Part shown: positions 1 to 9,519 of the stretch, piece by piece
How the letters are laid out: each line of letters begins with the position of its first letter
How positions within the stretch are numbered: the stretch's first letter is position 1
NCBI GenBank assembly: GCA_963803925.1
Contig: CAWDOM010000005.1
Coordinates: forward strand, 134,295-198,294
Source of the DNA: an uncultured Actinomycetota bacterium
GTDB lineage: Bacteria > Actinomycetota > Thermoleophilia > RBG-16-64-13
Reading direction: 5' to 3'
Length of the DNA stretch: 64,000 nt
Program-made: the position numbers and the translations under genes
The notes under the pieces: generated by a model
The model's database searches: none
What the model was told of the DNA's origin: nothing
What the model saw: the letters and a program-made list of their open reading frames with translations, nothing else

Positions 1-2037
1 ACGTGACCGGCGGCGGCGCCCTTGAACAGCATCGGCTTCGCGCCGGTGATCGGGTCGGGACGGCTCAGCAGGATCCGCTGGGTGTCGCGCGACGCGCGGA
101 TGTACCACTTGTCGGCGTAGTCGTCGTCGTTGCCGTACTTGGGAGCCTTCAGGCACATCTGGCGGATGTCCTCGTGACCTTCCCAGTTGGCGTCCATGGC
201 CTCGAGCAACTGCGCCATGGTGAGCTTCTTCTGGTCGAAGACCAGGTACTCGATGCCGGTCAGGTAGTCGCCGACGTCGCAGATGCCCTTGTCGCCGACC
301 CAGGAGGCCTTGCCTTCCGGGTAGCGGCAGCCACCTTCGCGGGAGGTCAGACCGGCGGGGATGCAGTCGCGGTAGAGCATGCCGGCCCGGTACCCGCTCA
401 TGGGGCTGTTGGCGTTCTCGGTGGTCCACCAGATGAAGTAGTGGTCGCGCATACGGTCCGCGAAGTAGTCCTCCTGGACGAGGAACGCCTCGTAGATCTG
501 CTCCAGGGTCATGTTACGCACGTCACCGGTGTGCGGGCCGACCTGCAGCCCGGTGCGCGGGTCGAGACCGTCGTGCAGGGTGACCTCGATGACCTTGGTC
601 TGCACCAGGTTGAGGGCGCCGGCCATGTGCTCGGCGCATTCCAGGTGATAGCCGAGGCAGCCCGACTGCGTTCCAGTTGCAGGCGTCCTCGATCGGTACG
701 CCGCGATCGAGATAGCGCTGAGTGCCCATCTCGTCGTTCAAGAAGGCGGGGTTGCCGCCGCCGAACTCACGGTTGCACTTCAGAGCGTGGACGATGAAGT
801 TCTCGTCCTGATTCTCGTGGTAGCGGACGTAGACGGCCGGCTCGGACAGGTGGATCTGGGCCATGACGTCGAGGCACCATCCAGGAGAGCTCGTTGGTCA
901 GGTCGTTGCCGTCTTTGTCGCGGCCGCAGAGCGTCACGTTCGGCAGCTGGCTGCCCGGAGCTGCACGATGCTCGCGCTTGATGGTGACCAGGTTCTCGAC
1001 CTCGCGGATCTTCAGCCACATGGCGCCGATCAGCTCGGCGGCCTGATCGCGGGTGATCTTGCCGCTCTCGATGTCGGCCTTGTAGTACGGATACCAGAAC
1101 TGGTCGATGCGCCCAACCGGCACCTCGGCACGGTCGGAGCTCTCTTTCCATGCCGCCAGGTGCATGAAGCGGACCGACTGGACGGCTTCCCAGAAGTCGC
1201 GCGGCGGCTCGGCCGGGACACGGTCGCACACATCGGCGATCTTCACGAGTTCGGCCTTGCGCACCGGGTCGGTGCACTTCTCGGCCATCTCGAGCGCCAG
1301 CGTCGGCGTGCCGCTTCGCGAAGGTGATGACGGCCTCGAACATGATGACGATGGACTTCAGCAGGTACCACTTGCGCAGAGCGTTGGAACTCGCACGCAA
1401 CTCGCCGAAGCCCTCGGCCTTCATCGTCGCCATCTCATCCTTGGCCAGGCCGATGACGTAGTTGAATCCGTTGTTGACGCACGTCGCCGTTGGGCTGCAC
1501 CACGCCGCCGCCGAAGGCGCCGTTGCCCTGGAACAGACCGCGGTCGGGATTCTCACGCACCGCGCGACCTTCCATGAGCATGGCATGGTCGAACAGAAGG
1601 TTGAAGTGCTCCTTGCCGAGTTCGTCTTCCAGGGCGACGTTGACGTAGTTGACCGGGTTCATGTGCTCGACCCAGTACTCGGCGTCGGCCTTGAGCTTCT
1701 GCAGGTCGTCAGGATCGATGACCGTCGAGGAGATGTCGCTCAGCTTGCGGTCGAACTTGCCGCTCTCGCACATGGCGAGGATCTCGCGCGGCTTCATGGC
1801 GCAGGTGACGTTGTTGCCGCGGATGAACTTGGTCGACGAACCGACGATGATCTCGGGGTCGCGGATGAGGATGGGGCAGTTCTCGAGCCTCTTCTGGAAG
1901 GTCTTGGCCCACCGGAAGTCGATAGGCAGGGCCTCGGTCTCTTTCCAGGATTCGGTGAACAGCAGCGTGTCGTCCACGTAGACCTGAGGCGCCGAGTCTT
2001 CCCACTCCTTCTTGAGCTTCTTGAGACGATCGGTCAT
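1..2037 (-). pseudogene. Glycyl radical enzyme (PFL/glycerol-dehydratase-like). The N-terminal ~680 codons are fragmented by at least 4 frame changes, and the gene continues beyond the window start.
   Basis: Minus-strand fragments 1435..2037, 767..1288 and 523..864 carry GRE N-domain motifs (TESWKETEALPIDFRWAKTFQKRLENCPILIRDPEIIVGS; DFWEAVQSVRFMHLAAW; PAFLNDEMG) in three different frames. The C-terminal Gly-radical motif would lie upstream of coordinate 1. Confidence 0.6.
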
Positions 2038-2181
2038 GACTACGACGGAAGCGGATCTCCTCAGCAGCCTCCGGATGGATCGTACGCCAGGATGACCGGG
2101 GCGATCTTCGGATTCTCAGATGCCATTCTGTCTCCCTTCACGACGCACGTAGAACTAGGGCAGCCTATCGGCTACTAGTCA

Positions 2182-2197
2182 GTTCCGTATACGGAAC
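2182..2197. promoter_or_regulatory. Perfect 16-bp palindrome GTTCCGTATACGGAAC, flanked by extra GAAC half-sites, in the upstream region of the GRE gene. Candidate operator.
   Basis: Read directly from the sequence. It lies about 30 bp downstream of a TTGACA-N17-AAGAAT promoter-like element on the minus strand, in the AT-richer 2038..2260 intergenic region. Confidence 0.4.
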
Positions 2198-2260
2198 AGT
2201 GTTCTGTATTCTGCGAACTACATTCTTCCTAAAAACGTGCGGTTTGTCAACCCTGGGAGC

Positions 2261-3025
2261 TCACCAGGCGGTCCAGCCCCCGTCGACAACCAGGTGCGCC
2301 CCCGTTATGTAGCTGGATTCATCCGATGCGAAGAACAACGCTGCGTTCACCACGTCGTCAGGTGTGCCCACGCGCCCCAGCAGTATCCGCTGCGGGACGT
2401 CCTCGGTCACTTCCAGTTCCTTGTCGAACCCACCTCTCTTCTCGGGGTTCGAGATCATTCCAGGCACTATCGTGTTGGATCGTACGCCGTGCACGGCCAA
2501 TTCCCGCGCCAACGCCCGCGAAATGGCCAACACTCCACCCTTTGCCGCCGCATGAGCGACGACACCGATTGGTTGTCCGGCTATGCCCGCGATCGACGAG
2601 ACGTTGACGATCGACCCGCCTCCCGACTTCGTCATGAGCGGAACAGCGGCCTGCACCATATAGAAAACAAGGCTGAGCTCGTTGTCGATCGTGAAGCGCC
2701 AATCCTCGAGCGTCATATCGCCCAACCACGCAAAACGTGGGCCCGCGGCGTTGTTGTACAAGATGTCCAGACGACCGTATGTTCGCTCAGTCAAGTCCAC
2801 GAGACTCCGGGCGGCATTCGGATCGCTCAGATCCACCGGCTCGAGCGACACCATGCTGCCCCCGTTCTCACGAACCTGGAGCACGGTCCGCCGATTGCCC
2901 TCCACGTTGATGTCGCAGCCCACGATCCTCGCGCCCTCGCGGGCGAAGCGCAAAGCCGCTGCGCGTCCCATTCCCTGCGCAGTGCCCGTTATTATCGCTA
3001 CCTTGCCTTCCAACCGTCCGTCCAC
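2261..3025 (-). CDS. Short-chain dehydrogenase/reductase (SDR) family oxidoreductase
   Basis: 254 aa with TGTAQGMGRA Rossmann motif, NNAG, and S...Y...K catalytic residues. A GAGGAG RBS sits upstream of the ATG. Confidence 0.85.
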   Translation of the reverse strand: MDGRLEGKVAIITGTAQGMGRAAALRFAREGARIVGCDINVEGNRRTVLQVRENGGSMVSLEPVDLSDPNAARSLVDLTERTYGRLDILYNNAAGPRFAWLGDMTLEDWRFTIDNELSLVFYMVQAAVPLMTKSGGGSIVNVSSIAGIAGQPIGVVAHAAAKGGVLAISRALARELAVHGVRSNTIVPGMISNPEKRGGFDKELEVTEDVPQRILLGRVGTPDDVVNAALFFASDESSYITGAHLVVDGGWTAW

Positions 3026-3034
3026 GGCCGCTCC

Positions 3035-4498
3035 TCACGCCTCGATCTGCCGGACGTATTCGAGCGCACTCCTGCCGGCGATGCGACCGGAGTTGAACGC
3101 GAACGCTGAGGAGAGGCCTTGGGAAGTGGTGATCGGGTAGCTGTCCCCATACATCCCGCCCGCATCGAACCCGCCCGCATACAGCCCGGCGATGATGCCG
3201 TTCTTCTTGTCGAGCACCTCCATCTTCTCGTCCACCCTGATGCCCCCCATCGTCCCCAGGGTCGCCGTGTGGGCCTTCACTGCATAGTAAGCGGGCCCGA
3301 GCAACGGGCGGAGAAATGCCCGATCCTTGGCGAACCGCCCGTCGTGCCCCTTCGCGCAATGGGCGTTGTACTCGTCCACGGTCGCCTGCAAGGTCGCCGG
3401 CTCGATGCCGATCTGCCCGGCGAGGGCCTTCAACGAATCGGCCATGAACACCTCGTCGCTACCGGCGGAGATCGCCGACTCCATCTCCTTTCTCGCGTTC
3501 ACGGGCTTGTACCCGGCCAAGAACATCAACCCCAGGCTGCGGTCGATGCCGCGGTCGAGTTGACACTCGATGATGGAGTCGTCGAAGAGGCTGTACGTAA
3601 AACCGTCAGCGCTCCAGCGGGCGTTCACGTTGCCGGAGTTCGTGTCACACAGGGCGACGCTCTCGTCGCAGAACCTCTCTCCGCGAACGGTGACCCAGAG
3701 ATCGGGTTGCACCGACACCACCTCAACGTCGGTGCAGCCGAGCGCGAACTCGGGACCAACCGGCCCGACCCGGATCATCTCCTGTGCCCGCAGTCCCTCT
3801 TCGGCCGCCCCGGCCTCCCAGGCCATGCGGATGCCGTCGCCCATCTTGCCGGCGTTGCCCCACGCGAACAGATTCACGTCCAGATCGTAGCCGGTGTACT
3901 TCTTCACCCAGTCCCTGTTGTTCACGTAGCCACCGGTCGCGATGATCACGGCTTTGGCAGTCACCGGCAGTTCCTCGCCGTCCCGGTCGACCACCGCGCC
4001 CGTGATGCGGCCGCCCGCCTTGGCCAGCGCGGCGACCCGCGTTTCCGTTACGATCCGCACGCCTTTGCTCTTCGCGTGGTCCACGAGGGCCTTAACTACC
4101 GCTTCGCCGGTGCCCTCCACGACGTGGTACGTAGAGGGGACACCGGGCATCATCGTCATCTGACCCGTGAACTTCACTCCCTGGTGTTTCAACCAGGCTA
4201 TGGTCGCCGCCGACTCGTCGACTATCGCCCGCACCAGAGAGGCATTCGCCTTCCAATGACTGTATTCCATGATGCTCTTGAAGGCATCGTCCCTGCTGTA
4301 GTCGATGAAGCGTTCGCGCTGCATCTCGCTCTCGACGGCGAAGGTGCCGCGGAAGAAGTTCGAGGTGCCACCCAACGCGCGTTGCTTCTCGAAGACGACA
4401 ACATCCGCTCCCCCTTCGGCAAGGGTCAGCGCCGCTGCCAGACCGGTCGCGCCCGAACCCGCGACCAGTACGTCGACCTGTGCAGGAATAGTAGTCAT
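3035..4498 (-). CDS. FAD-dependent flavoprotein, fumarate-reductase / 3-ketosteroid-dehydrogenase-like (FAD_binding_2 family), paralog 1
   Basis: Has the VAGSGATGLAAAL dinucleotide motif and C-terminal GTMGGIRVD...GLYAGG. Start chosen at the internal Met (MTTIPAQVDV), which has a GGAGGAT RBS and avoids overlap with the downstream VOC gene. The ORF track extends to 4582. Confidence 0.8.
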   Translation of the reverse strand: MTTIPAQVDVLVAGSGATGLAAALTLAEGGADVVVFEKQRALGGTSNFFRGTFAVESEMQRERFIDYSRDDAFKSIMEYSHWKANASLVRAIVDESAATIAWLKHQGVKFTGQMTMMPGVPSTYHVVEGTGEAVVKALVDHAKSKGVRIVTETRVAALAKAGGRITGAVVDRDGEELPVTAKAVIIATGGYVNNRDWVKKYTGYDLDVNLFAWGNAGKMGDGIRMAWEAGAAEEGLRAQEMIRVGPVGPEFALGCTDVEVVSVQPDLWVTVRGERFCDESVALCDTNSGNVNARWSADGFTYSLFDDSIIECQLDRGIDRSLGLMFLAGYKPVNARKEMESAISAGSDEVFMADSLKALAGQIGIEPATLQATVDEYNAHCAKGHDGRFAKDRAFLRPLLGPAYYAVKAHTATLGTMGGIRVDEKMEVLDKKNGIIAGLYAGGFDAGGMYGDSYPITTSQGLSSAFAFNSGRIAGRSALEYVRQIEA

Positions 4499-4529
4499 AT
4501 CCTCCGCCGATCTTTGGACTCGGTGCCGA

Positions 4530-5459
4530 CTAGTGTGGGATGAAGACGAACTCGATGGGTATGCCGTCGGGATCGCGGGCATACACGAATTCGCCGGGGT
4601 CAGGATGGCCCGGCCCTGCGTCGAGCACTTTCGGACCGCAGAGAAGACTCATGCCCGCCTGAACCAGGTCCCCGGCGGTACGCTGAATGTCCTTGCAGTC
4701 GAACGCCACCTGCAGGTGGCCGAAGTCACCCCACAGCGCCGAGAAAGGAAGCGACCTGCCCCGAGGATCGAGGGTCTCGAAGATCTCGATCATGCCCTGC
4801 GTCTCCCCGTCCGCCGAAAGCAAGCAGGAACGGACACGGCTGCCCACCGACCCAGCCACCTCATCGACCAGACCCGAGAAACTCTCGTGGACGTCTGCGA
4901 CGACCTGTAAGCCCAGGAAATCGCGGTAGAAGCACAGCGAGCGGTCGAGGTCGCTGACAGCCACGCCGGCTGAGCAGGCGCCACCGAACATCTGCCCGGC
5001 GCCCGCGGCGCCCGACCTAATCTCCACCAAGTTGTCCTCGGGATCCCTGCAGTACACGAACTGGTACGTGCCCAGTCCGGGAATCTCGGTCGTCCTCGGC
5101 ACCGAGCAGAAATCGACCCGGTCTCTGAGCGCCTCCCACGCCGAGCCGACATCTTCCGTGGAGAGTGTGATCTTCGAAACGCCGATGTCGCCGTAGCGAA
5201 CACCCTGTCGGATGGGCCGAGGAACCGGGTCCACCATTCTGATGAACTCGATCATGATGCCACCGGCCTTCTGTTGCAGGGTCGCACCATAGAAGACCGT
5301 TCGCGAGGAACGAGTGACCTCGCGCATGATCTCCTGTTCCGACTCCGCGAACTCGGCGAACACCTCAGTGAAGCCCATGAGGTCACGGTAGAAAGCCACC
5401 ATGCCACCCAGGTCTCTCACACCGATCGCCACGTGGTGTACTGCGGAAACTCTAGACAA
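4530..5459 (-). CDS. VOC (glyoxalase / bleomycin-resistance / extradiol-dioxygenase) family protein, two-domain
   Basis: 309 aa with two repeated VOC-like halves (HHVAIGVRDL...; AGVAVSDLDRSL...). TTG start with a GAAGGAGG RBS. Confidence 0.65.
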   Translation of the reverse strand: MSRVSAVHHVAIGVRDLGGMVAFYRDLMGFTEVFAEFAESEQEIMREVTRSSRTVFYGATLQQKAGGIMIEFIRMVDPVPRPIRQGVRYGDIGVSKITLSTEDVGSAWEALRDRVDFCSVPRTTEIPGLGTYQFVYCRDPEDNLVEIRSGAAGAGQMFGGACSAGVAVSDLDRSLCFYRDFLGLQVVADVHESFSGLVDEVAGSVGSRVRSCLLSADGETQGMIEIFETLDPRGRSLPFSALWGDFGHLQVAFDCKDIQRTAGDLVQAGMSLLCGPKVLDAGPGHPDPGEFVYARDPDGIPIEFVFIPH

Positions 5460-5529
5460 CGAGCAGCCTCCTTCTAACGGCGGATTCTCGGCGCGCGCAT
5501 GGCGCCGGGCTCATTATGAGGCCTCCCGC

Positions 5530-7621
5530 CTAGATAGCGCGACCGATCGCGGCGCCGTCGGCAAAGGCGCCGTGCATGTAGCCGAACTCCTTGACGTCAC
5601 CTATTTGGTAGACCTCAGGCGCCCCTTGCACCGAAGACCTGATCGCGTCGGTGCCGGGCTCCAGCGGCAAGGCAAGGATGATGCTGTCGGCCTCAAGGGT
5701 CCTCAGCTCTCCCTCCGCGGTGGTGATCACCAGTCCCTCATCGGTGATCTTCTGGTAGGCGACACCCGCCAGCGCGACCCCGCCCTTCTCCTCAAACCAG
5801 TTGAGCAGCCGCACCGGAGTCAGATAGGGCAGCCCCTCGCCGAGAACCGCGCCCTCCTCGACGATGGTGACCGACCTCCCCCGCTTGACGAGGAACTCCG
5901 CAAGCTGGCAGCCCTGCACTCCGCCGCCCACCACGACGACTCTCTTGCCGACCGGCATGTACCACTTGGTGAGCCGCCCCAGCAACTCCGGCCCGAAGAC
6001 CCTCAAGGCGAGCTTGAGCCTACGATGCAGGGACGCGCTGTCGATGACCTTGGGATCGTCCAGACCGGGTATCGGCGGAACGGCGTTCTTTCCACCCGTC
6101 GCAAGGATGAGCACATCGGGCTTGACGGAGTCGATCAGAGCGCTGTCGACGCTGCGCCCTAGCCGCACCTCCACGCCCAGCTCGGCAAACTGCCGCTTGT
6201 AGTACCGGATCAGACCCAGCAGACTTTCCCGCTCGTGATCCTTGACCACGGCGGCGATGGGGAGCAGCCCGCCCAACTGCGCGGCTGCGTCATAGATGGT
6301 GACGTCGTGACCCCGCAGGGCCGCCACTCTAGCCGCCTCCAACGCGGCCGGTCCGCCGCCGGCGATCATCACCCGCTTCTTCTTTGCAGCCGGCTTGATC
6401 TCGTACTCGCGCTCCTTGCCCGACTCGGGGTTGACCCTACAGCTCTGCGGACCATCGTCCTTGCGCGTGTCGACGCAGTAGCAGCAGCCACAGCAGGGGC
6501 GGATGTCGTCGAGACGGCCGGCCGCCACCTTCCGAGGCAGCTCGTGGTCGGCGATAAGACGTCTGGTCATACCCACGAAGTCGATCTTGCCCTCCCCGAT
6601 GGCTTGATCGCCCAGTTCGGGAGTGAGCCGCCCGGCGCAGAAGACCGGTATGGAGACCGCCCGCTTCACCGCCGCCGCCATATTCAGGTACATACCCGGT
6701 CCGCCATGGCTGATGTCCAACTCGTCCAGATCGAGGTTGGGCACCTCCGGATAGAGGAGCGTCTCAGGGAAGAGCATTTCCAGATACGGCCCGTAGCTGG
6801 AGGCCCTCACTTGAAGGATGTCGGCCCCCGCCGCTTCGAGGTAGGGCGCCATGGCCTCGGCCTCCTCCAAGGTGGTGCCGTTGGTGAGACCGAATTCCCG
6901 GGCGTTGATGTTGGTGGCAACTGGATAGTCCTTGCCGCAGCGCCGCTTGACCTCGCGGATGATGTCGCAGTAGAACCGAGTCCGGTTCTCTATAGTCTGC
7001 GGCCCGTACTCGTCGTCTCGCCGGTTCCAGAACCGGGACAGGAAGCAGTTTATGAGGTGATAGAAGGAGGCGTTGATCTCCACGCCGTCGTATCCGGCTT
7101 TCTTCGGCCAGTTCCACTGAGTGGGCGAAGATATCAACGACGTCGTGGATCTCCAGCACCGTGAGTTGATGGCCGGACTCCCACTCCCAGAAGCTCGGCG
7201 GCATGTCCTCTTGGGCGATTGTCGATGCCGTGATGCGCTCCTGTGGCCCCAACCCGGGCAGCCGAGCGAGCCATGGCCCGGCGTGCATCAGTTGCACGAA
7301 CACGGGGCAATCGTGCTTGTGAACTGCCGCCGTCACGCGGGCGTGCCCCGGCACGTAGCTTTCGTCGTGCAGCCGGAAACCGGTGGGGATGACGTGGGTG
7401 CCCCTCGGCCACTCCACGGCGCAGTTCTCCACGATGACGAGACCCGCCCCGCCCTCGGCTATCGCGCCGTAGAAATCCGCCATCCTGTCGGTGCCATGGC
7501 CGTCTCCGTCGGCGTACCCTGTACCCGCGGCCGTCTTGATGATGCGGTTCTTGGTACGCAGACCCCCGATTGTGCCCGGCTCCAGCAACCTCTCGAGCCG
7601 CCCGGATCCTCCCACTCTCAT
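5530..7621 (-). CDS. Old Yellow Enzyme / 2,4-dienoyl-CoA-reductase-like FMN + FeS + FAD/NAD(P) oxidoreductase, paralog 1. It has a single frameshift near 7105.
   Basis: The N-terminal OYE barrel (ORF 6764..7621) and the continuation (ORF 5530..7137, KKAGYDGVEINA ... RPCCGCCYC ... GGGPAALEAA) are in different frames, meeting at ~7105-7112. About 697 codons in total. Confidence 0.7.
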
Positions 7622-7744
7622 CCTCCAGCAATTGACGTCACCCCACGCTGCGCGACTCTGCCGCTTTCCTCGAACAGTCGTTCACATACCGTACCAATAA
7701 CCCGTCTTGCTTGTCAACGTTTGCGAACGACCGTTTACCTGTGT

Positions 7745-8548
7745 TCATGGCCATTGCAGCCGTCTGGTGCGCGCCATCTTCCAGAGCTCCTCATTGGTGC
7801 CGGGCTGCAGCAGGCAGGCAGGCAAGGGGCACAGCGCCATGAACTCCTCATGGCGCGCCACTATGCTGTTGATTCGCTCCTCGGGCCATGCCCTGTCCCA
7901 TCCCAGCCCGAGATCCTCGTTCACGATGACCACGTGGAAGTCGGTGTGCGGAGGCCTGCGCTCGATGATCGTCGTGACCGCGCACACCTTCGTGGGCCCG
8001 ACACAGTCGTGGCAGCAACCCGACCTGGTACAGGGAGCGGGGGCGCCTTTGCGCCGCAGGTGTTCGGGCGCGATCACGTTCTTCACGCGGTCGATGGCCT
8101 CGTCGAGGCTTTTCACGAGCTTGTTTCGACCAACAACGAGCACGGTGGTCGGATGCCCCCAAACCATGCCGGCGACCCGGTTTCCGGCGCCATCCACGTT
8201 CACCAGCCTTCCGTCTTCTGTCAATGAGTTGCTCCCCGTGAGAAAGACGTCGCACAAGCTCGCTTCGAGCATCGGCCAAAACGAGTTCTCGAACAGCGAG
8301 CGAACGTCGCTCACGTTGCTCGGGATGGAGAACCCATTGATCAGCCGGTTGCCCCGCGCTTCGAGCGCCTCCACGACCCCTATCTGCCGCACACTGGTGG
8401 AATCCCCCGTTCCCACCACCGCCTGGGGATGCACTATGCCGAGTACTATGTCACGAGCCTCCGCGGCATCCTCAGCCGCCCAGCCTTCGATCTGTCTCTG
8501 TCTCAACGCTCTGATGACTCGCGCGATAGCCTGGTCCATTCTGCTCAC
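7745..8548 (-). CDS. LUD-domain (LutC/YkgG-like) protein with a Cys-rich C-terminal tail
   Basis: 267 aa. Motifs resemble the LUD domain (TGDSTSV; FLTGSNSLTEDG...VWGHPT). The C-terminus has CTRSGCCHDC...C and CPLPAC. Confidence 0.4.
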   Translation of the reverse strand: MSRMDQAIARVIRALRQRQIEGWAAEDAAEARDIVLGIVHPQAVVGTGDSTSVRQIGVVEALEARGNRLINGFSIPSNVSDVRSLFENSFWPMLEASLCDVFLTGSNSLTEDGRLVNVDGAGNRVAGMVWGHPTTVLVVGRNKLVKSLDEAIDRVKNVIAPEHLRRKGAPAPCTRSGCCHDCVGPTKVCAVTTIIERRPPHTDFHVVIVNEDLGLGWDRAWPEERINSIVARHEEFMALCPLPACLLQPGTNEELWKMARTRRLQWP

Positions 8549-8573
8549 CTATGTGTACGCTCGTTCACCACCA

Positions 8574-8619
8574 TTGACAGGAGCTTAGCACCTCTGCTAG
8601 GTTAGTGAACAAATGTTAT
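8574..8619 (+). promoter_or_regulatory. Promoter/operator block upstream of TetR paralog 1: TTGACA-N18-TAGGTT-A-GTGAACAA-AT-GTTAT
   Basis: Nearly identical to the block upstream of TetR paralog 2 (23504..23550). Read directly from the sequence. Confidence 0.45.
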
Positions 8620-8849
8620 CTGCAAGTCGCTTGCTCTGGGGGTGCTGGTCTTTCGTGTTTGTGCCCAGGGCACTCTGCCCGGCCGGTCGGTAAGATTCTC
8701 GATGTAGCTTCGGCCCGACCGCGACAAGGAGACAGGCTTTCATGGGCGCAGACGAACAAGAAGCGATCAGACGAGGGGCGGACACGCCGGCCCATACCCC
8801 ACCATCACGACGGGGTGTCCGCGTCGATAAAACGCGCAAACAAGGGCGC

Positions 8850-9437
8850 ATGGCAAAGGAAGAGCGACAGAAGCAGATCGCCGATGTCACCCTTCGGCTC
8901 GTGGCCAAACACGGCGTCCATGGCGCCACCATATCTCGCATCGCCTCGGGGGTCGGGCTTTCTCGAGCCGCCCTCTACAAGTGCTATCCGAATCGCGAGG
9001 CCATGCTCGAAGCCGCGCTCGACCTTCTCATTTCTCGGGTTCCAAGGTGGATAGCCCGCTCGTCGGGCGAGACCGTCTACGAACACCTCATGGATATGGG
9101 CAACCAGTTCGGCCCGTTGGGCACCGCCGAATTCGAGAACTTCACGCATCCCTGGTTCCAGTTCGCGGCGGCGAGCGGGACGGGCAATCTGACCCAGGAG
9201 TTGGCCAAGCGGCATCTGGTCTTCATCCGGGACTTCGCCGTCCTCATCGAGCAGGGAAAGCGCGATGGGAGCATCCGCGAGGATACGGACACGAATCTCA
9301 TAGCCTGGAGTCTGATGATGTGGGCCTGGGCGGCGGACGTCGCCCGCCTGGTCGGGCTGGAGCAGGTCATGGGCACCGGCACGGAGGTCGAGATCTTCAG
9401 GCGCATGCTAGGTGACATCGCGGCTCGGGAGGTATAG
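8850..9437 (+). CDS. TetR/AcrR family transcriptional regulator, paralog 1
   Basis: N-terminal HTH (ATISRIASGVGLSRAALYKCYPNREAML). Start at the internal Met (MAKEERQKQ); the ORF track begins at 8742. About 75% identical to the TetR at 23617. Confidence 0.75.
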   Translation: MAKEERQKQIADVTLRLVAKHGVHGATISRIASGVGLSRAALYKCYPNREAMLEAALDLLISRVPRWIARSSGETVYEHLMDMGNQFGPLGTAEFENFTHPWFQFAAASGTGNLTQELAKRHLVFIRDFAVLIEQGKRDGSIREDTDTNLIAWSLMMWAWAADVARLVGLEQVMGTGTEVEIFRRMLGDIAAREV

Positions 9438-9470
9438 GCATGCCATAGGAGACAAAGGAGGCGTTGCAAT

Positions 9471-9497
9471 GTAGCCACGGGACAGTGTAGCCACGGG
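9471..9497. repeat. Two direct repeats GTAGCCACGGG, 16 bp start-to-start, between the TetR stop and the liv-type operon RBS
   Basis: Read directly: aatGTAGCCACGGGacagtGTAGCCACGGGgcg. Confidence 0.35.
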
Positions 9498-9519
9498 GCG
9501 TGACTTGGAGGAGATAGAC

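Noticed and set aside
3-797. Plus-strand 264-aa ORF and many similar long ORFs elsewhere (3119..4543 +, 7121..8227 +, 32558..34498 -, 41188..42873 +, 47740..48933 +, 54627..56720 -)
   Set aside because: They are Arg/Pro/Gly/Ala-rich, low-complexity translations lying antisense or out of frame to clearly recognisable genes. These are typical shadow ORFs of high-GC DNA.
9438-9445. GGCATGCC palindrome right after the TetR stop, considered as a terminator stem
   Set aside because: The stem is only 4 bp with no loop or U-tract. It is probably fortuitous (an SphI-like site).
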